From NCBI GenBank assembly GCA_963782525.1, contig CAWAKC010000004.1:123410-187409 (forward strand): DNA of 64,000 nucleotides, given 5' to 3'. The notes under the pieces were generated by a model. The model saw only the letters and a list, made by a program, of their open reading frames with translations. It searched no databases and had not been told where the DNA came from. Each line of letters begins with the position of its first letter. The first letter of the stretch is position 1. Below are positions 48,158 through 58,596 of this stretch, in pieces. The DNA is from Candidatus Bathyarchaeota archaeon. Lineage in GTDB: Archaea; Thermoproteota; Bathyarchaeia; Bathyarchaeales; Bathycorpusculaceae. The translations under genes and the position numbers were made by a program.

Positions 48158-49402
48158 GTGATAAAATTGAATAAAGCTGATTCCGCATTGTCCTTGGATG
48201 CCCGCGTATATCTGCACGATATAGAAAAGGCAGATATCTTAGTGGGAATTCCATCTTTCAATAATATACTCACGGCAAGCTACGTTATTTCTCAAGTAAC
48301 TAAGGGTTTGGACACTTATTTCCCAAATTTTAAATCCGTAATTTTTGTTTCAGATGGCAACTCGAAGGACGATACATTGAACTCAGTGAAGAAGATTTAT
48401 CTGCCATCCGAAGTGAAGCTAATTCCAGCCATTTATATGGGAATATCAGGCAAAGGGCGGGCTGTCAGAGCCATCTTTGAAGCAGCCAGCAACCTTAAAG
48501 TTAAAAGTGTTGCATTGGTGGATTCAGATTTGCGTAGCATAACCCCTGAGTGGATGCAGCTTTTAATTACTCCAACATTGATGGGAACTGGTTTTGTTGC
48601 ACCCTACTACAACCGCCGCAAATATGACGGAACAATAACCAATTTTTTGTGTTATCCTGTCACATCAAGCCTGTTTGGCAAAGATGTTCGGCAGCCCATT
48701 GGTGGGGATTTTGGGCTTTCAATTGAGCTAGTTGAAGACCTCTTGGATTCGCCAATGTGGGAGCTTCCAGACGTTTGCCGCTTTGGAATTGACATCTTTG
48801 AAACTCAAACTGCCCTTGCTAAAGGCTATAAAGTTAAGCAGGCTCTGTTGGGAATAAAAAATCACGATGCAAAAGACCCATCCAGTCAACTGGCAGGTAT
48901 GTTCCGTCAAGTTATGAACATCATGTTTACTTGCATAGAACAGTATGAGCAGGTGTGGAAAGGAATAAAGGGTGTTTCCAATACAGAATTGGTCGGTGAA
49001 GCTCATTACGTTGAGACACCTGAATCTATTCAGGTTTCCCTACCTGCAACTATAGATGCATTCAAAAGCAATTATGATCAATTCAATTCCATCTACAAAT
49101 CATTTTTGGAACAAGACATCCAAAACAAATTCGAACAAATCAAGCAAATTGAAACATCCACTGTCGACTTTCCCTCAGAAATCTGGGCAAAAACTGTTTA
49201 TTCATTCATCGCCGAATTCCACAAAAACCCTGTGTGTGGCAGAGAGAAATTGATAGATGCTCTTAGGGTACTTTGGATTGGTCGGGTAGCTGTTTTCCTG
49301 AAAGAAACATGGGAACAATCGCGAGAAGAAGCTGAAACAAAAATAATTGAAGAAGCAAAAGTATTTGAAAAATTCAAACATTATTTGATTGAGAAATACT
49401 AG
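48158..49402 (+). CDS. ggs: Glucosylglycerate synthase-like glycosyltransferase (Ggs/MgS type, single step)
   Basis: VGIPSFNN, DGNSKD, GKGRA, VDSDLRSITPEW, YDGTITN, RQPIGGDFG, FGIDI. Confidence 0.75.
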   Translation: MIKLNKADSALSLDARVYLHDIEKADILVGIPSFNNILTASYVISQVTKGLDTYFPNFKSVIFVSDGNSKDDTLNSVKKIYLPSEVKLIPAIYMGISGKGRAVRAIFEAASNLKVKSVALVDSDLRSITPEWMQLLITPTLMGTGFVAPYYNRRKYDGTITNFLCYPVTSSLFGKDVRQPIGGDFGLSIELVEDLLDSPMWELPDVCRFGIDIFETQTALAKGYKVKQALLGIKNHDAKDPSSQLAGMFRQVMNIMFTCIEQYEQVWKGIKGVSNTELVGEAHYVETPESIQVSLPATIDAFKSNYDQFNSIYKSFLEQDIQNKFEQIKQIETSTVDFPSEIWAKTVYSFIAEFHKNPVCGREKLIDALRVLWIGRVAVFLKETWEQSREEAETKIIEEAKVFEKFKHYLIEKY

Positions 49403-49778
49403 TATTGGCCGTTTTAGCAACCACTTATGTCGTCACTGTTCAAGATCTATTAATTATGAAAGACTTGGTTCGCCTGCTAAGACAATTTCTTTTAACGATT
49501 CTAAGGTCCTACATTGGTGGATGAGAGATGCTGTCGTGTAGCAACATGAAACGATGACAATATCTCGATATCTGATTTAAGTTCACTAAGAATATTATCT
49601 ATCAGATCGCCATTTATATTGACTAAAGAATTAGGATGGTCAGGTAGATGCATTGATTTCGTAAGTTAAGGATCGATATTTTTAAGACAGAAAATTAATC
49701 TAAGATAAAAATAGTTAAATTGGCATAAGTATTGCTGAAATAAAATTAATATAGCTATTAGTTTGTATTAAGATATTA

Positions 49779-50075
49779 GTGAAATGCTTGTCATTGAAAG
49801 AAAGGGTCGCTTCTGGAGAAGAAGCCTTGAAAATAGCAGAAGCTATTAACTCAACAACCATGAGAATGCTTCAAGTTCTTGGAAAAGAACGTTTGGATGT
49901 TACAACCATCTCAAAAAGGCTTAGCTTGAGCGAAGCATACATAAGTGAACAGGTTCGAGTTCTTGAAGATCTAAAACTAATTAATGTAACATATGAACGG
50001 GGTAAACGAGGTATAAGAAAAATCTGCGAGTCCACTGTGGAGAAAGTTACATTAGTTATTAAAGAATCAATTTAA
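49779..50075 (+). CDS. ArsR-like HTH transcriptional regulator
   Basis: LDVTTISKRLSLSEAYISEQVRVLEDLKLI...GKRGIRKIC. Confidence 0.8.
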   Translation: MKCLSLKERVASGEEALKIAEAINSTTMRMLQVLGKERLDVTTISKRLSLSEAYISEQVRVLEDLKLINVTYERGKRGIRKICESTVEKVTLVIKESI

Positions 50076-50772
50076 ATCAGCAATATATGAAATTCCGAAC
50101 GACCAAAAAATATGGCAATGTAATGATTAGTAATGGCAAAAAATACGTCTCTTTCTTTGGACAGTTATTCTCCATTTGGGTCTCTTTGAGTCCAAGGATC
50201 GTTATTTTGGATAATTATGAATTCTACTGGTAGTGAATGATCTTTTTTCCTACCTTACTTAAAATACCGTGAGGAAATCTGATCTTTCCTGTATAAACCT
50301 TTGCAATTGTTAAAATATATTTATTTGCAGGCAACTCTAAAACCATAAGTAGTGAACGATTTAAATTGTGAATAGCCATAGCAAATACCGTGGTTGTCTA
50401 AAATGACAAAAAAACCATCTAAATCTGAAACTCTTGAACAACACAAGAAAGCTTGCGAGAAAAAGAACTTAAAAAGAAACAATAAAAGCAAGGCGGAAAT
50501 CCATCTATTTATTTAAAAAACAAGAAATAGTGAATCAAACCGCAATTCACTCTTTCTTTATCATATTAGGCTCTCTCTTTCTTTAGCACTTATAACAAAT
50601 CAAAGAAAATGAATTGCCTTTACTTTACGATCGGGAAAAAGTAAATGTCTCTTTTTACATTCTGAAAACATAATTGCTTTACTCAAAGAAATATGCTCAA
50701 TTATATAAATTCTTCACTGAAGCGGACAGATAGTATTTAATTCACCATAGGGAATGGAGAAAGTTCTTGATT

Positions 50773-51549
50773 TTATGAAATGCATGAACCAAACTTGTTG
50801 ATGAGGTAAATTATTTTCTCCCATTCTGTTTGAATCTCTTCGGATTTGTTAATGAAAAAAGGATAATCTGTCGCCTCTAACATTTCAATGTCATTGGATT
50901 GATTTCCTACACCCACTGTTCTTATTTTTTTGTATTTCGTGGAAAATAGTTCCTTAAGCCTCAATACTGCTTTTCCCTTATTGTGATTTCCCATTAAATG
51001 GTAGTATTTTCCGCCAATTGTAAAATGCAATTTTTCCTTTAGTATAGCATTTATGATTTCAGCTTCACAATGTTTTTTAAAACGAAACGGTTCCGTGTAT
51101 TCTCTCTCCTTTGCCAATTCTGCAAGCTCGATTGTTAATCCAGTTTCTTCTGCGATTTCCTCAGTAGTCATGTCCCCAAATCCTTTTATATCCTTGAGAC
51201 ATGATTTCCTAATTCTTTCAAATTTCTTTCTAATTGAAGAATACGCAATCCCTAATTCAATAATATCATATCGGCTTGTTTGTTTAGTCCAAAAATGCCC
51301 TATCTTGAAATAACCTGATGGCACAAAAATAGCTGCGCCGTTTTCAGAAATGAATGGATCATTTAAACCCATGATCTTTCTAAAATATTCAATCTCAAGC
51401 CTTGTCTTACTGCTGCAAAGTATAATTGGAATGTTTAAGGTCTTTAACTGAGATATTGCCGGACGTAAAAGCTCAAAGCTATAGTTTTCATCCAAAAGTG
51501 TTCCATCAAGATCAGTAAAAACAATTGTTCGCTCGGTTTCAGTGTTCAA
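50773..51549 (-). CDS. gpgP: Glucosyl/mannosyl-3-phosphoglycerate phosphatase (HAD IIB)
   Basis: FTDLDGTLL, CSSKTRLE, PFISENGA, REYTEPF, KGKAV, GNQSND. Confidence 0.88.
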   Translation of the reverse strand: MNTETERTIVFTDLDGTLLDENYSFELLRPAISQLKTLNIPIILCSSKTRLEIEYFRKIMGLNDPFISENGAAIFVPSGYFKIGHFWTKQTSRYDIIELGIAYSSIRKKFERIRKSCLKDIKGFGDMTTEEIAEETGLTIELAELAKEREYTEPFRFKKHCEAEIINAILKEKLHFTIGGKYYHLMGNHNKGKAVLRLKELFSTKYKKIRTVGVGNQSNDIEMLEATDYPFFINKSEEIQTEWEKIIYLINKFGSCIS

Positions 51550-52735
51550 TAGCTGCTCGTCTCAGTTTTTCTCTTGCATCAGGCATAGCAGAAATCGTTC
51601 GCATCCAATCAGGTAACTGTGTACTTGTCGGATTTTCTAGATAGCGTTTTCCGGCACGTATTATAATATCCGATAAGGCATCAACGTTTGTTTCCTCTTC
51701 ATGTCTGTCAAAATCTAGTGCGTTGCAGAGGGCATCAGCATAGTATTGTCTTATTCTATCTTGAGCAAATCGTCTATAAGTGACTTGAAGACTCAATAAA
51801 AATGCCTCTGACACATCTATTCCTTCGGTTTCCGTCAAGGTTCTGAGCAAAGTAATTAAAGCATCATCAGCAGTTCTCAACAATGCATTGTTAATCATTT
51901 CTTTATGTTTGTGATCATAAAAGCCAAGGTCAACTTCACAAATACGTTTGTTTGAAACATTTCTATAAAGTTCCGATAGAGTCCCAATTTCCAGACCCCA
52001 ATCTCCTGGCATCCTCAAGTTCAAAGCTAAATCGCTGTAAATAGCAATTTCGCCCGAAAGAGGGTATCTAAAGGAATGCAGATACCTAATGAACGTCGAA
52101 CTATGGTTGAGTTTTTTTTGCAGAGCATCCAACAAAGGATTAATGAACAGTCTGTATATTCGGCCATACATTTTTTTATTTTCAAGATTGACTCGAGCAT
52201 AGTATCCTTTGGAAAAGAAAAAATCCATTTTTGGCTCAATTACAGTGTAGAGAAGTTTGGTAGGAAGCATCCCTGAGTAAGAAATAATATCAGCATCATG
52301 AACCGCGAAGGCATAGAGTTCAAGTGATGCGATTCCGATTGCAATCCAAAGATCTTTGCCCTTACCATTGGATTTTGTTACATCTAGGCCTTTCCCTTTT
52401 AACTCCTCTAGAATGGTTTTTACTTCAGGTTTGTTGCACCATATAATCTCGTAAGGAATTTCAAAATTGGAAAAAAGTCGAGTTGCTTTTTCATAATCAT
52501 ATTCGTCATTTGCGGAAAGGGCTATGAAGACTTTGCTCAAATAGTTGCATTCATTTAGTCCTTTGACAATATTTTTCAGCCCTGGACCCTCAAGGTCATT
52601 TCTGTGTAATGGAATTATTACTCCTGAAGGATATTTTTTACTTAATTCGTTCATTCTTGACTGTAAAGTATTAATATTTATTGAAAAATCATGAATCCTT
52701 GTAATTCTTCCTTGTTCAAGGTCCACATAGTCCAC
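51539..52735 (-). CDS. gpgS: Glucosyl-3-phosphoglycerate synthase
   Basis: GKGKDLWIAIG, HDADI, KGYYARV, YGRIYRLF, FRYPLSGE, DWGLEIG, YDHKH; overlaps gpgP. Confidence 0.88.
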   Translation of the reverse strand: MDYVDLEQGRITRIHDFSININTLQSRMNELSKKYPSGVIIPLHRNDLEGPGLKNIVKGLNECNYLSKVFIALSANDEYDYEKATRLFSNFEIPYEIIWCNKPEVKTILEELKGKGLDVTKSNGKGKDLWIAIGIASLELYAFAVHDADIISYSGMLPTKLLYTVIEPKMDFFFSKGYYARVNLENKKMYGRIYRLFINPLLDALQKKLNHSSTFIRYLHSFRYPLSGEIAIYSDLALNLRMPGDWGLEIGTLSELYRNVSNKRICEVDLGFYDHKHKEMINNALLRTADDALITLLRTLTETEGIDVSEAFLLSLQVTYRRFAQDRIRQYYADALCNALDFDRHEEETNVDALSDIIIRAGKRYLENPTSTQLPDWMRTISAMPDAREKLRRAAIEH

Positions 52736-53176
52736 ACTCGATTAATTTAGATAAGAAATGATAAATAAATATTTATAAGCATTTACCAATAATTATTGAT
52801 AAATGCTTATTTAAAAGAAGAAAAAATCGAGGTCTTGAAAAACGGTGAACTTTACGGAAACAATACAAAACCTTCTCCAAACAACCCCGGTTACAAGCGA
52901 AATGGAGGGATGAAACTCCGAGAAGATGGAAAGACACAAGAGCGATAATTCGCCCCCTGAGAATCATTTTCAAGAATGAAACAGAATCAAAAAAATTTTA
53001 CGTGTATACAAAGAAACCTGATGCAGATATTTACGGCGGCGACAATGAGATCGTTCTTAAAATCCTCCAGAAATAATTTGTCCACTCAGTGAATTACTCA
53101 ATGGCTACACAAGGAACTCGCGATAAGTTAAAGTGTTTATTGCTCTGTTGGTGTGATTGATGATTGAGGACTGAGT

Positions 53177-53644
53177 ATGGCTCAAACAAGTGTAGTTTTG
53201 GAAATTGAGGATCCCCATTTTACAATTAGGCTCACAGAGGACCTCCTCAAAATTGACTTGAAAGGAAGCTTCAAGAATGAAATCAACGAAGCGCTCGAAA
53301 ATGAGCCTGTTCTCAAGGAAACGATTGGCAGGGTACTTGGCATATTTGTTCCGCTGCATATTCGAGTAAGCGATATAGATTCGGTGCATATAGATGAGAT
53401 CGGAAAAATCAAAGTAGAACTTACTCATCACCGCAGTATTGTAATTCCGCTTGAACGAAAGGAAGATTCCGAGAAACTCGTTGAAAAATTGAATCAATTG
53501 GTTTCAAAAGCTGAAACGGAGAAAATCCAAGAAATTAAAGTAAAGCGAAGAGTTGAAAAGGAAAAAAACCAAGTAAAACAATTGAGAAACAGAGCTAAAA
53601 GAAAACAGTATCGCAAGCGCTCGGATGCAGAACGAAGAGTATAA
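53177..53644 (+). CDS. Hypothetical protein with basic C-terminal helix
   Basis: 155 aa ATG ORF with GAGG upstream. Confidence 0.7.
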   Translation: MAQTSVVLEIEDPHFTIRLTEDLLKIDLKGSFKNEINEALENEPVLKETIGRVLGIFVPLHIRVSDIDSVHIDEIGKIKVELTHHRSIVIPLERKEDSEKLVEKLNQLVSKAETEKIQEIKVKRRVEKEKNQVKQLRNRAKRKQYRKRSDAERRV

Positions 53645-53817
53645 AACCGGCTACTTTTATGTGGTCCACTTTTTCTTCAATAGAGCCTCACGTGATCGGG
53701 GTTTTGCCAAAGATTGCTTTTTCAAAAGCGCGCAGCTCAAACTTTTTTAATATCAAAATACCTTTACCCTTAATAGGGAAAGTACTTTTGCTCTTTGGAC
53801 ACAAAAATAACTCCAAA

Positions 53818-54129
53818 ATGGAATTCGAAGTAGACTTAGGCGATTTGCAAAACGAAAAGGAATACCTAACTAGCTTTCTGCAATTGCATCTCAAAGTTTC
53901 CGTTTCCCAAGTTGGGGCTAAGTTGAGGGTGGATTCAGAAACGGTGTCACTGCAGGAACTACAGCATATGGTGAACAAGTTTGTTTATCACCGAGATCTA
54001 AACCGCACTCATTGGGTCTCTGTTGAAGGCTCAACCGTAAAAATTAATAGGTTTAAGGTCGTCGAGAAAAAAGAGATACCTGAGAAAGAACCTCCGCACC
54101 AAACCGCTGCACAAAGCTGGGGACTATAA
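53818..54129 (+). CDS. Ribosomal protein eL22-like protein
   Basis: FEVDL..L.SFLQLHLKV..KLRVDSE..L..MVNKFVYHRDL..W..V.INRF parallels the eL22 pattern; ATG 53818. Confidence 0.6.
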   Translation: MEFEVDLGDLQNEKEYLTSFLQLHLKVSVSQVGAKLRVDSETVSLQELQHMVNKFVYHRDLNRTHWVSVEGSTVKINRFKVVEKKEIPEKEPPHQTAAQSWGL

Positions 54130-54413
54130 AAAACAGTGTTAAACTCACATGTTTTTTGCAAGTTCTAATAGCAAAACAAGCCAGCGACTAAACCTTAATA
54201 ATATCTTAGAGATATGCGAGGACTGGTAAATAGGTCCAGAAGTCATTGGTTTTCTCTTTTTAGATTAGGCTTTTAAGTTTTCTTTTTCTCCTATGGAACC
54301 AGCCTTCAAAATACCCCTAAAAACACCATTTATGTTACGCAGGTAACCACCCTGATTTTTATCAACTTCTTTAGATCCACCTCATTTTTAAGAGAAGAAA
54401 ACGTATATTATTC

Positions 54414-54821
54414 ATGCAAACAGGTTATGTTTTTCTATGTAATAATGCTTCCATTACCAAGTGCATAAACAACAAAAGTTTTAGCTGCGCAGGTAAACAA
54501 ATTAAAGTACCCCAAGAATTAGAAGTAAACACGGTTATCTTCTTGCTCAATCATGAAACAAAAACACTTCTCGGTCCATTCACCGTTGTTCAAGGGCCCG
54601 AAAATTTGGAGAAGGGAACATGGTACAGCAGTGTGGATGAGCATAGCTTTTCCGAAAACATTAATGTCGAATGGGAAAGACTGCATGAACTCAAAAATGC
54701 GTCCGACAAAGTACCTTTCTTAAAGGAGATAAACGAATGTGCCCTAACCGATCTCCAGACTCAGGAACTACTCTCAACATTAAAGAACGCTCCGTTATAC
54801 ATTGAATCAAAATCTGAGTAA
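54414..54821 (+). CDS. DCD/EVE-like domain protein
   Basis: GYVFLCNN.S..KC...K.F and IFLLNHETKTLLGPF resemble the DCD motifs GxIFxCN and LFLxN...LxGxF. Confidence 0.55.
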   Translation: MQTGYVFLCNNASITKCINNKSFSCAGKQIKVPQELEVNTVIFLLNHETKTLLGPFTVVQGPENLEKGTWYSSVDEHSFSENINVEWERLHELKNASDKVPFLKEINECALTDLQTQELLSTLKNAPLYIESKSE

Positions 54822-54972
54822 GAAAAAAGAATGGTCTCTTCTAACAGAAACTTAATTTGGGAACAAACCAGTTTGCTAGAAGATTCATTATTAATGCGTG
54901 CTAACAAACGCGCGCTGGTATAGCAGGCTGTTTTGCGTTATGGAAAACCTTTTTTCGTTCACTTAGGGTATT

Positions 54973-55398
54973 ATGAAGATTATGCACACAGTTAAAGAGA
55001 TAATGAAACCTGTTGTCAATATTGGTCCGAATCAGACCGTCTTGGAAGCTGCTAACCTCATGAAGGTGTCTGATAGAGGCAGTTTGCTGATTGTTGATGG
55101 CGAAATTACCGTTGGCATCATAACCGCGAGAGATCTAGTTTTAAGAGTCATCGCAGAAAACCTGCCTCACACTACTCCGGTTTCAGAGGTCATGTCCTCG
55201 CCTCTTATAACAATCAACGCTAAGGTTACCCTGAAGAAAGCTGCCAAAATTATGGGCGAACATAGAATAAGACGGCTTCCAGTCACCGAGGGCGGCGGAG
55301 TGACAGGAATTCTAATTGCCTCTGACGTGTTGCGCCAATTGTCTAACAAGACTTTAGCAGAGGATATCTGGGACGCCCTTGTTGTAGAGCATCAGTAG
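54973..55398 (+). CDS. Stand-alone CBS-pair protein
   Basis: VGIITARDL, VMSSPLITI, IRRLPV, GILIASD. Confidence 0.9.
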   Translation: MKIMHTVKEIMKPVVNIGPNQTVLEAANLMKVSDRGSLLIVDGEITVGIITARDLVLRVIAENLPHTTPVSEVMSSPLITINAKVTLKKAAKIMGEHRIRRLPVTEGGGVTGILIASDVLRQLSNKTLAEDIWDALVVEHQ

Positions 55399-55714
55399 CA
55401 AGTTTCGTCATTTGCATGCGGTTGAGACCTGGCTTGCAGGGGGCTTGCGCTCCGCTCCCCTTCGAACTGGCGATCTTGTGTAACTATTTTATGCGCTGGT
55501 TGGCCATCAAACTCGCCTTCTCCTTTAGCTTATCGGGAGAGATGTTGCTTGTCGCGCAATGCAGCCACTTGGTCTAGCATCGTGAAAGGCAAAAATGCGA
55601 ATGCCAATGGATAAAGAAATTAAGGAAGTGTGAAGCAACAAGATATTGCGCCGTGTTTCTTTTCAGAAAAGCAAATAAAGAAAGAAAAACGTAACCATTA
55701 GGAGAAGGCCGCTT

Positions 55715-55921
55715 TTGAACGCAAAAATAGGTTTGATAGTATCTTTAATTGTAACAGCCGTTATTGGCGTTTATGGCATAGAATTGGGTATTCGTGTGTC
55801 AACAGGCAATGAACGCCCCGAAATCCTGGCTGTAGTAATAATAATAATAGTATTATTGTTCTTTGTTAACTTGATATTATTGGCTAAGAATCAAAAAACG
55901 AATAAAGGGAAATTTTTTTGA
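55715..55921 (+). CDS. Small 2-TM membrane protein
   Basis: 68 aa with two hydrophobic helices; GGAG upstream. Confidence 0.5.
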   Translation: MNAKIGLIVSLIVTAVIGVYGIELGIRVSTGNERPEILAVVIIIIVLLFFVNLILLAKNQKTNKGKFF

Positions 55922-55972
55922 AGCGTATCTTAAGTAAGGATAAGAGAAGTTGTCCTGCTGCAAAAGAAAAAA

Positions 55973-57306
55973 TTAGTTTATTGTGCTGGGTTTTGTCTCT
56001 TGTTCTCCAAGTTCTTCAGCAGTGTAGTCTCTAATTATTCCATGTATGCCTTTGCTTATTATCCACATAAAGACATATGATAATGCAAAAACTGTACCAA
56101 GAACTACAGGTAAAGCCAATAGTTGCAGCCCAAGTTGATGCAAGGCTTGCATGCCACCACCGAATAATAGACCATTTGGTAGACCAGAGCCCCCTCCAAA
56201 AGAAGCGAATGAATACTGTGCAAAGAAAGCCACCATAATAAAGCCAAATATGCCGCCCAGAAAGTGCCCGGAAAAAGACCAACTGGATCAGTAAACCATT
56301 TGGCTCTTTGAAATAATTTCTCACCTAGAAGGAATATAATTGAACCTAATATTCCAAGAATTACTGCGCTACCTGGACCAACGTAACCGGCAACGGGGGT
56401 GATTACGATTAAACCGATGAGTATACCGTTTGCAGCATACATTATACTTGGCAGTTTCCTTTTCTCAAGAAACTTGAAAAACATAGTAAATAAGAAACCA
56501 GTTGAAGCAGCCAAGAAAGTGATCAATACCACAATGTAGGATTGGATATTTAGCGCTAATGTGCTTCCTGGGTTGAAACCAAACCAGCCAAGCCAAAGCA
56601 GAAGAATTGACAAAGATAACCAAGGCGTGTTTGGCTTAGCCTGTATCTGCGGGCTTTCTCTGAATCCTTTCTTTTTTTCCTCTTGCCAGACTCTTAAAAC
56701 GATTGCTAAACCTGCTGCTCCTGCAGCTCCATGAACAACCAATCCACCTGCAAAATCTCTTACACCCATAACAAAGAGCCAGCCTTGCGGATTCCAAATC
56801 CAAGCTGCTGGCAATGCCCAAATGAGAATAAAGTAGGGAATTGAAAAAAGAAAGAAGGCTTCCAGCTTCATTTTCTTCAAAACAATTACGCCAACCAACG
56901 CAAGTGTTACAGTCGCAAATGCGGTTTCAAAGAAAAAATAAGATGGAAGAGTAACTAGATTGTTAAAATACTGTGGACCCATTGACCACCAAACTTGAGT
57001 GAAAATATCGGCGGAATTGCTCTGAAAACCTCCCATGAACGGGAAATTATAAAGTGGATTACCTATCAAGCCCCTGCCTATTGTCGGTGCAAAGGCAACG
57101 CTGAAACCAATTAATGCCATGAAAAAAAAGCCTGAGCACGATATCATAATGTTCTTTAGTAATGCTCTATTGGAACTCCTTCCAAGTTCGCCTCTCTCAA
57201 GTATTCCAACTGAGATAGTCATGATGAAAACAAGGACCCCGCATATCAAAACCCAAAGATTATTGAAAAGATTTTCTGCAGGTAGAGCTGACATCTTGAC
57301 ATCCAT
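55973..57306 (-). pseudogene. amt: Ammonium transporter (Amt) with a single frameshift near 56267-56269
   Basis: FFFETAFA, RDFAGGLVVH, LWLGWFGFNPGS, ITPVAG, DPVG. The conserved HFLGG and last TM continue in the frame of ORF 55973-56236. Confidence 0.85.
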
Positions 57307-57325
57307 CCATAACGCTATTTAGGCA

Positions 57326-58474
57326 CTAAAGTAGTACCAATGCAAAATGATGCATTAACTGCATAAGCACTGGAGCGCCGCTACTTGTTAAAATAGCTAT
57401 TTGCGCTGGAGCTATTGAAGGAAAAACGTGTGCGCCCAATTCTATAAGCCAAGCAGTGAACACAAACGGACCTGTTAAGGTTGGCAGGTTGAAACGTCCT
57501 GTTATTGTTCCCATGAATGCTGTCACTACTGTTGAGAAAGCCGTGGCGAAAAGCATGACTAAGAAATTAATTGGCGCTCCATTGAAGGGACTTATAGGCC
57601 AAAGGAACCCAACAAAGACACCCATGACAGCCAAGGCTGTTAAGGTTCCGTTAAAACCGTACAGCCCAATTAGGACAGATGATCTGTCAGCTTTGAAAGC
57701 AATCGCGGCTAATGTTGCAGAAAGAGTGCCTATGAATGCTGTGATTCCAGCGAAGTATATTGGATATTGCACTGGGAACCCATATGGGTTTAATGGAATG
57801 GTGGCGACAGTTAGTCCGATGAAAATTAAAACGCCTGTCTTCCAGTTTTCCTGGAAGAATACTTGAGCGATGCCTGTAAAGATCAATTTTACAAATCCGC
57901 TTGCTGTGAATTCACTTAATCGCAATGGCTCTTTTTTCTCTGTGTCTTGAGGATTTTTGAGTAATTTGCTTCTTTGTTTTGGGGCAGGCGGAGGACCAGA
58001 CAATTTCATGCCGGAAAACTTTTTAGCTGCAAACAGGAAAATCCAGGTTGTTAATACAAACGCTGAAGTTTCCACAGGCAGACCAAACATTTTAGTGAAC
58101 CAAATTAGCGAAGCAGTAATAAAACCAGTTATGAGAGCGCCTATAACCGCTGCAGTTGTGGCTGACCGTCCTTTCTCAAGGAATGTGTCGCCTAAGGCGA
58201 TAGCTGTTAAAACAGAGTTAAACCCAAATATTCCATAAATTAACGCGTTATCTGGCGAAGATAAAGAAGCCGGTACCAGCTCTATGCCTAAAGCTAAACC
58301 AACCAAGCTGCCAGCTATCGACCCAATGACAGCAAAGGCAGCTGCCCTTTTTGAGTTAATCGCAAGAGCAACTACAAAGATAATTCCGACTAAGGGTGAA
58401 CCCATGAAGAAAACTTGAGCAACTCCATTAAGAACAAAATTTATAGTTCCTGAAATTGGATCCAATAAAATCAC
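57326..58474 (-). CDS. Urea transporter (UT/Yut family)
   Basis: Two repeats, GVAQVFF/GIFGFNSVL and GIAQVFFQEN/GLYGFNGTL, plus LPTLTGPF; GTG start about 58474. Confidence 0.9.
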   Translation of the reverse strand: MILLDPISGTINFVLNGVAQVFFMGSPLVGIIFVVALAINSKRAAAFAVIGSIAGSLVGLALGIELVPASLSSPDNALIYGIFGFNSVLTAIALGDTFLEKGRSATTAAVIGALITGFITASLIWFTKMFGLPVETSAFVLTTWIFLFAAKKFSGMKLSGPPPAPKQRSKLLKNPQDTEKKEPLRLSEFTASGFVKLIFTGIAQVFFQENWKTGVLIFIGLTVATIPLNPYGFPVQYPIYFAGITAFIGTLSATLAAIAFKADRSSVLIGLYGFNGTLTALAVMGVFVGFLWPISPFNGAPINFLVMLFATAFSTVVTAFMGTITGRFNLPTLTGPFVFTAWLIELGAHVFPSIAPAQIAILTSSGAPVLMQLMHHFALVLL

Positions 58475-58511
58475 TAAGTAAGGAAAATTATTGCAGTTAT
58501 TATTTGAGGTT

Positions 58512-58534
58512 TTGTTGTAGTCAAAATACAACAA
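58512..58534. promoter_or_regulatory. Perfect inverted repeat between the divergent urea transporter and urease genes (candidate operator)
   Basis: TTGTTGTA-N7-TACAACAA, just upstream of TATA-like CTTAAAT (58541-58547). Confidence 0.5.
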
Positions 58535-58596
58535 CATAATCTTAAATCGCCATCCGCTAGTATTTTTGGTATAGTTTTTGTAAAAAAGGTGAAAAA

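Noticed and set aside
52803-53077. Start-less reading frame (...AKWRDETPRRWKD...LKILQK*)
   Set aside because: Possibly a gene remnant, but no start codon and no recognisable family
8126-54129. One operon-level alternative translation system (CBS-HPF, EF-2 paralog, aRF1 paralog, eL22-like)
   Set aside because: The genes are scattered over 46 kb among unrelated genes, so they are reported separately
55400-55600. GC-rich intergenic patch as ncRNA or REP-like element
   Set aside because: Single copy with only a weak hairpin and no known motif
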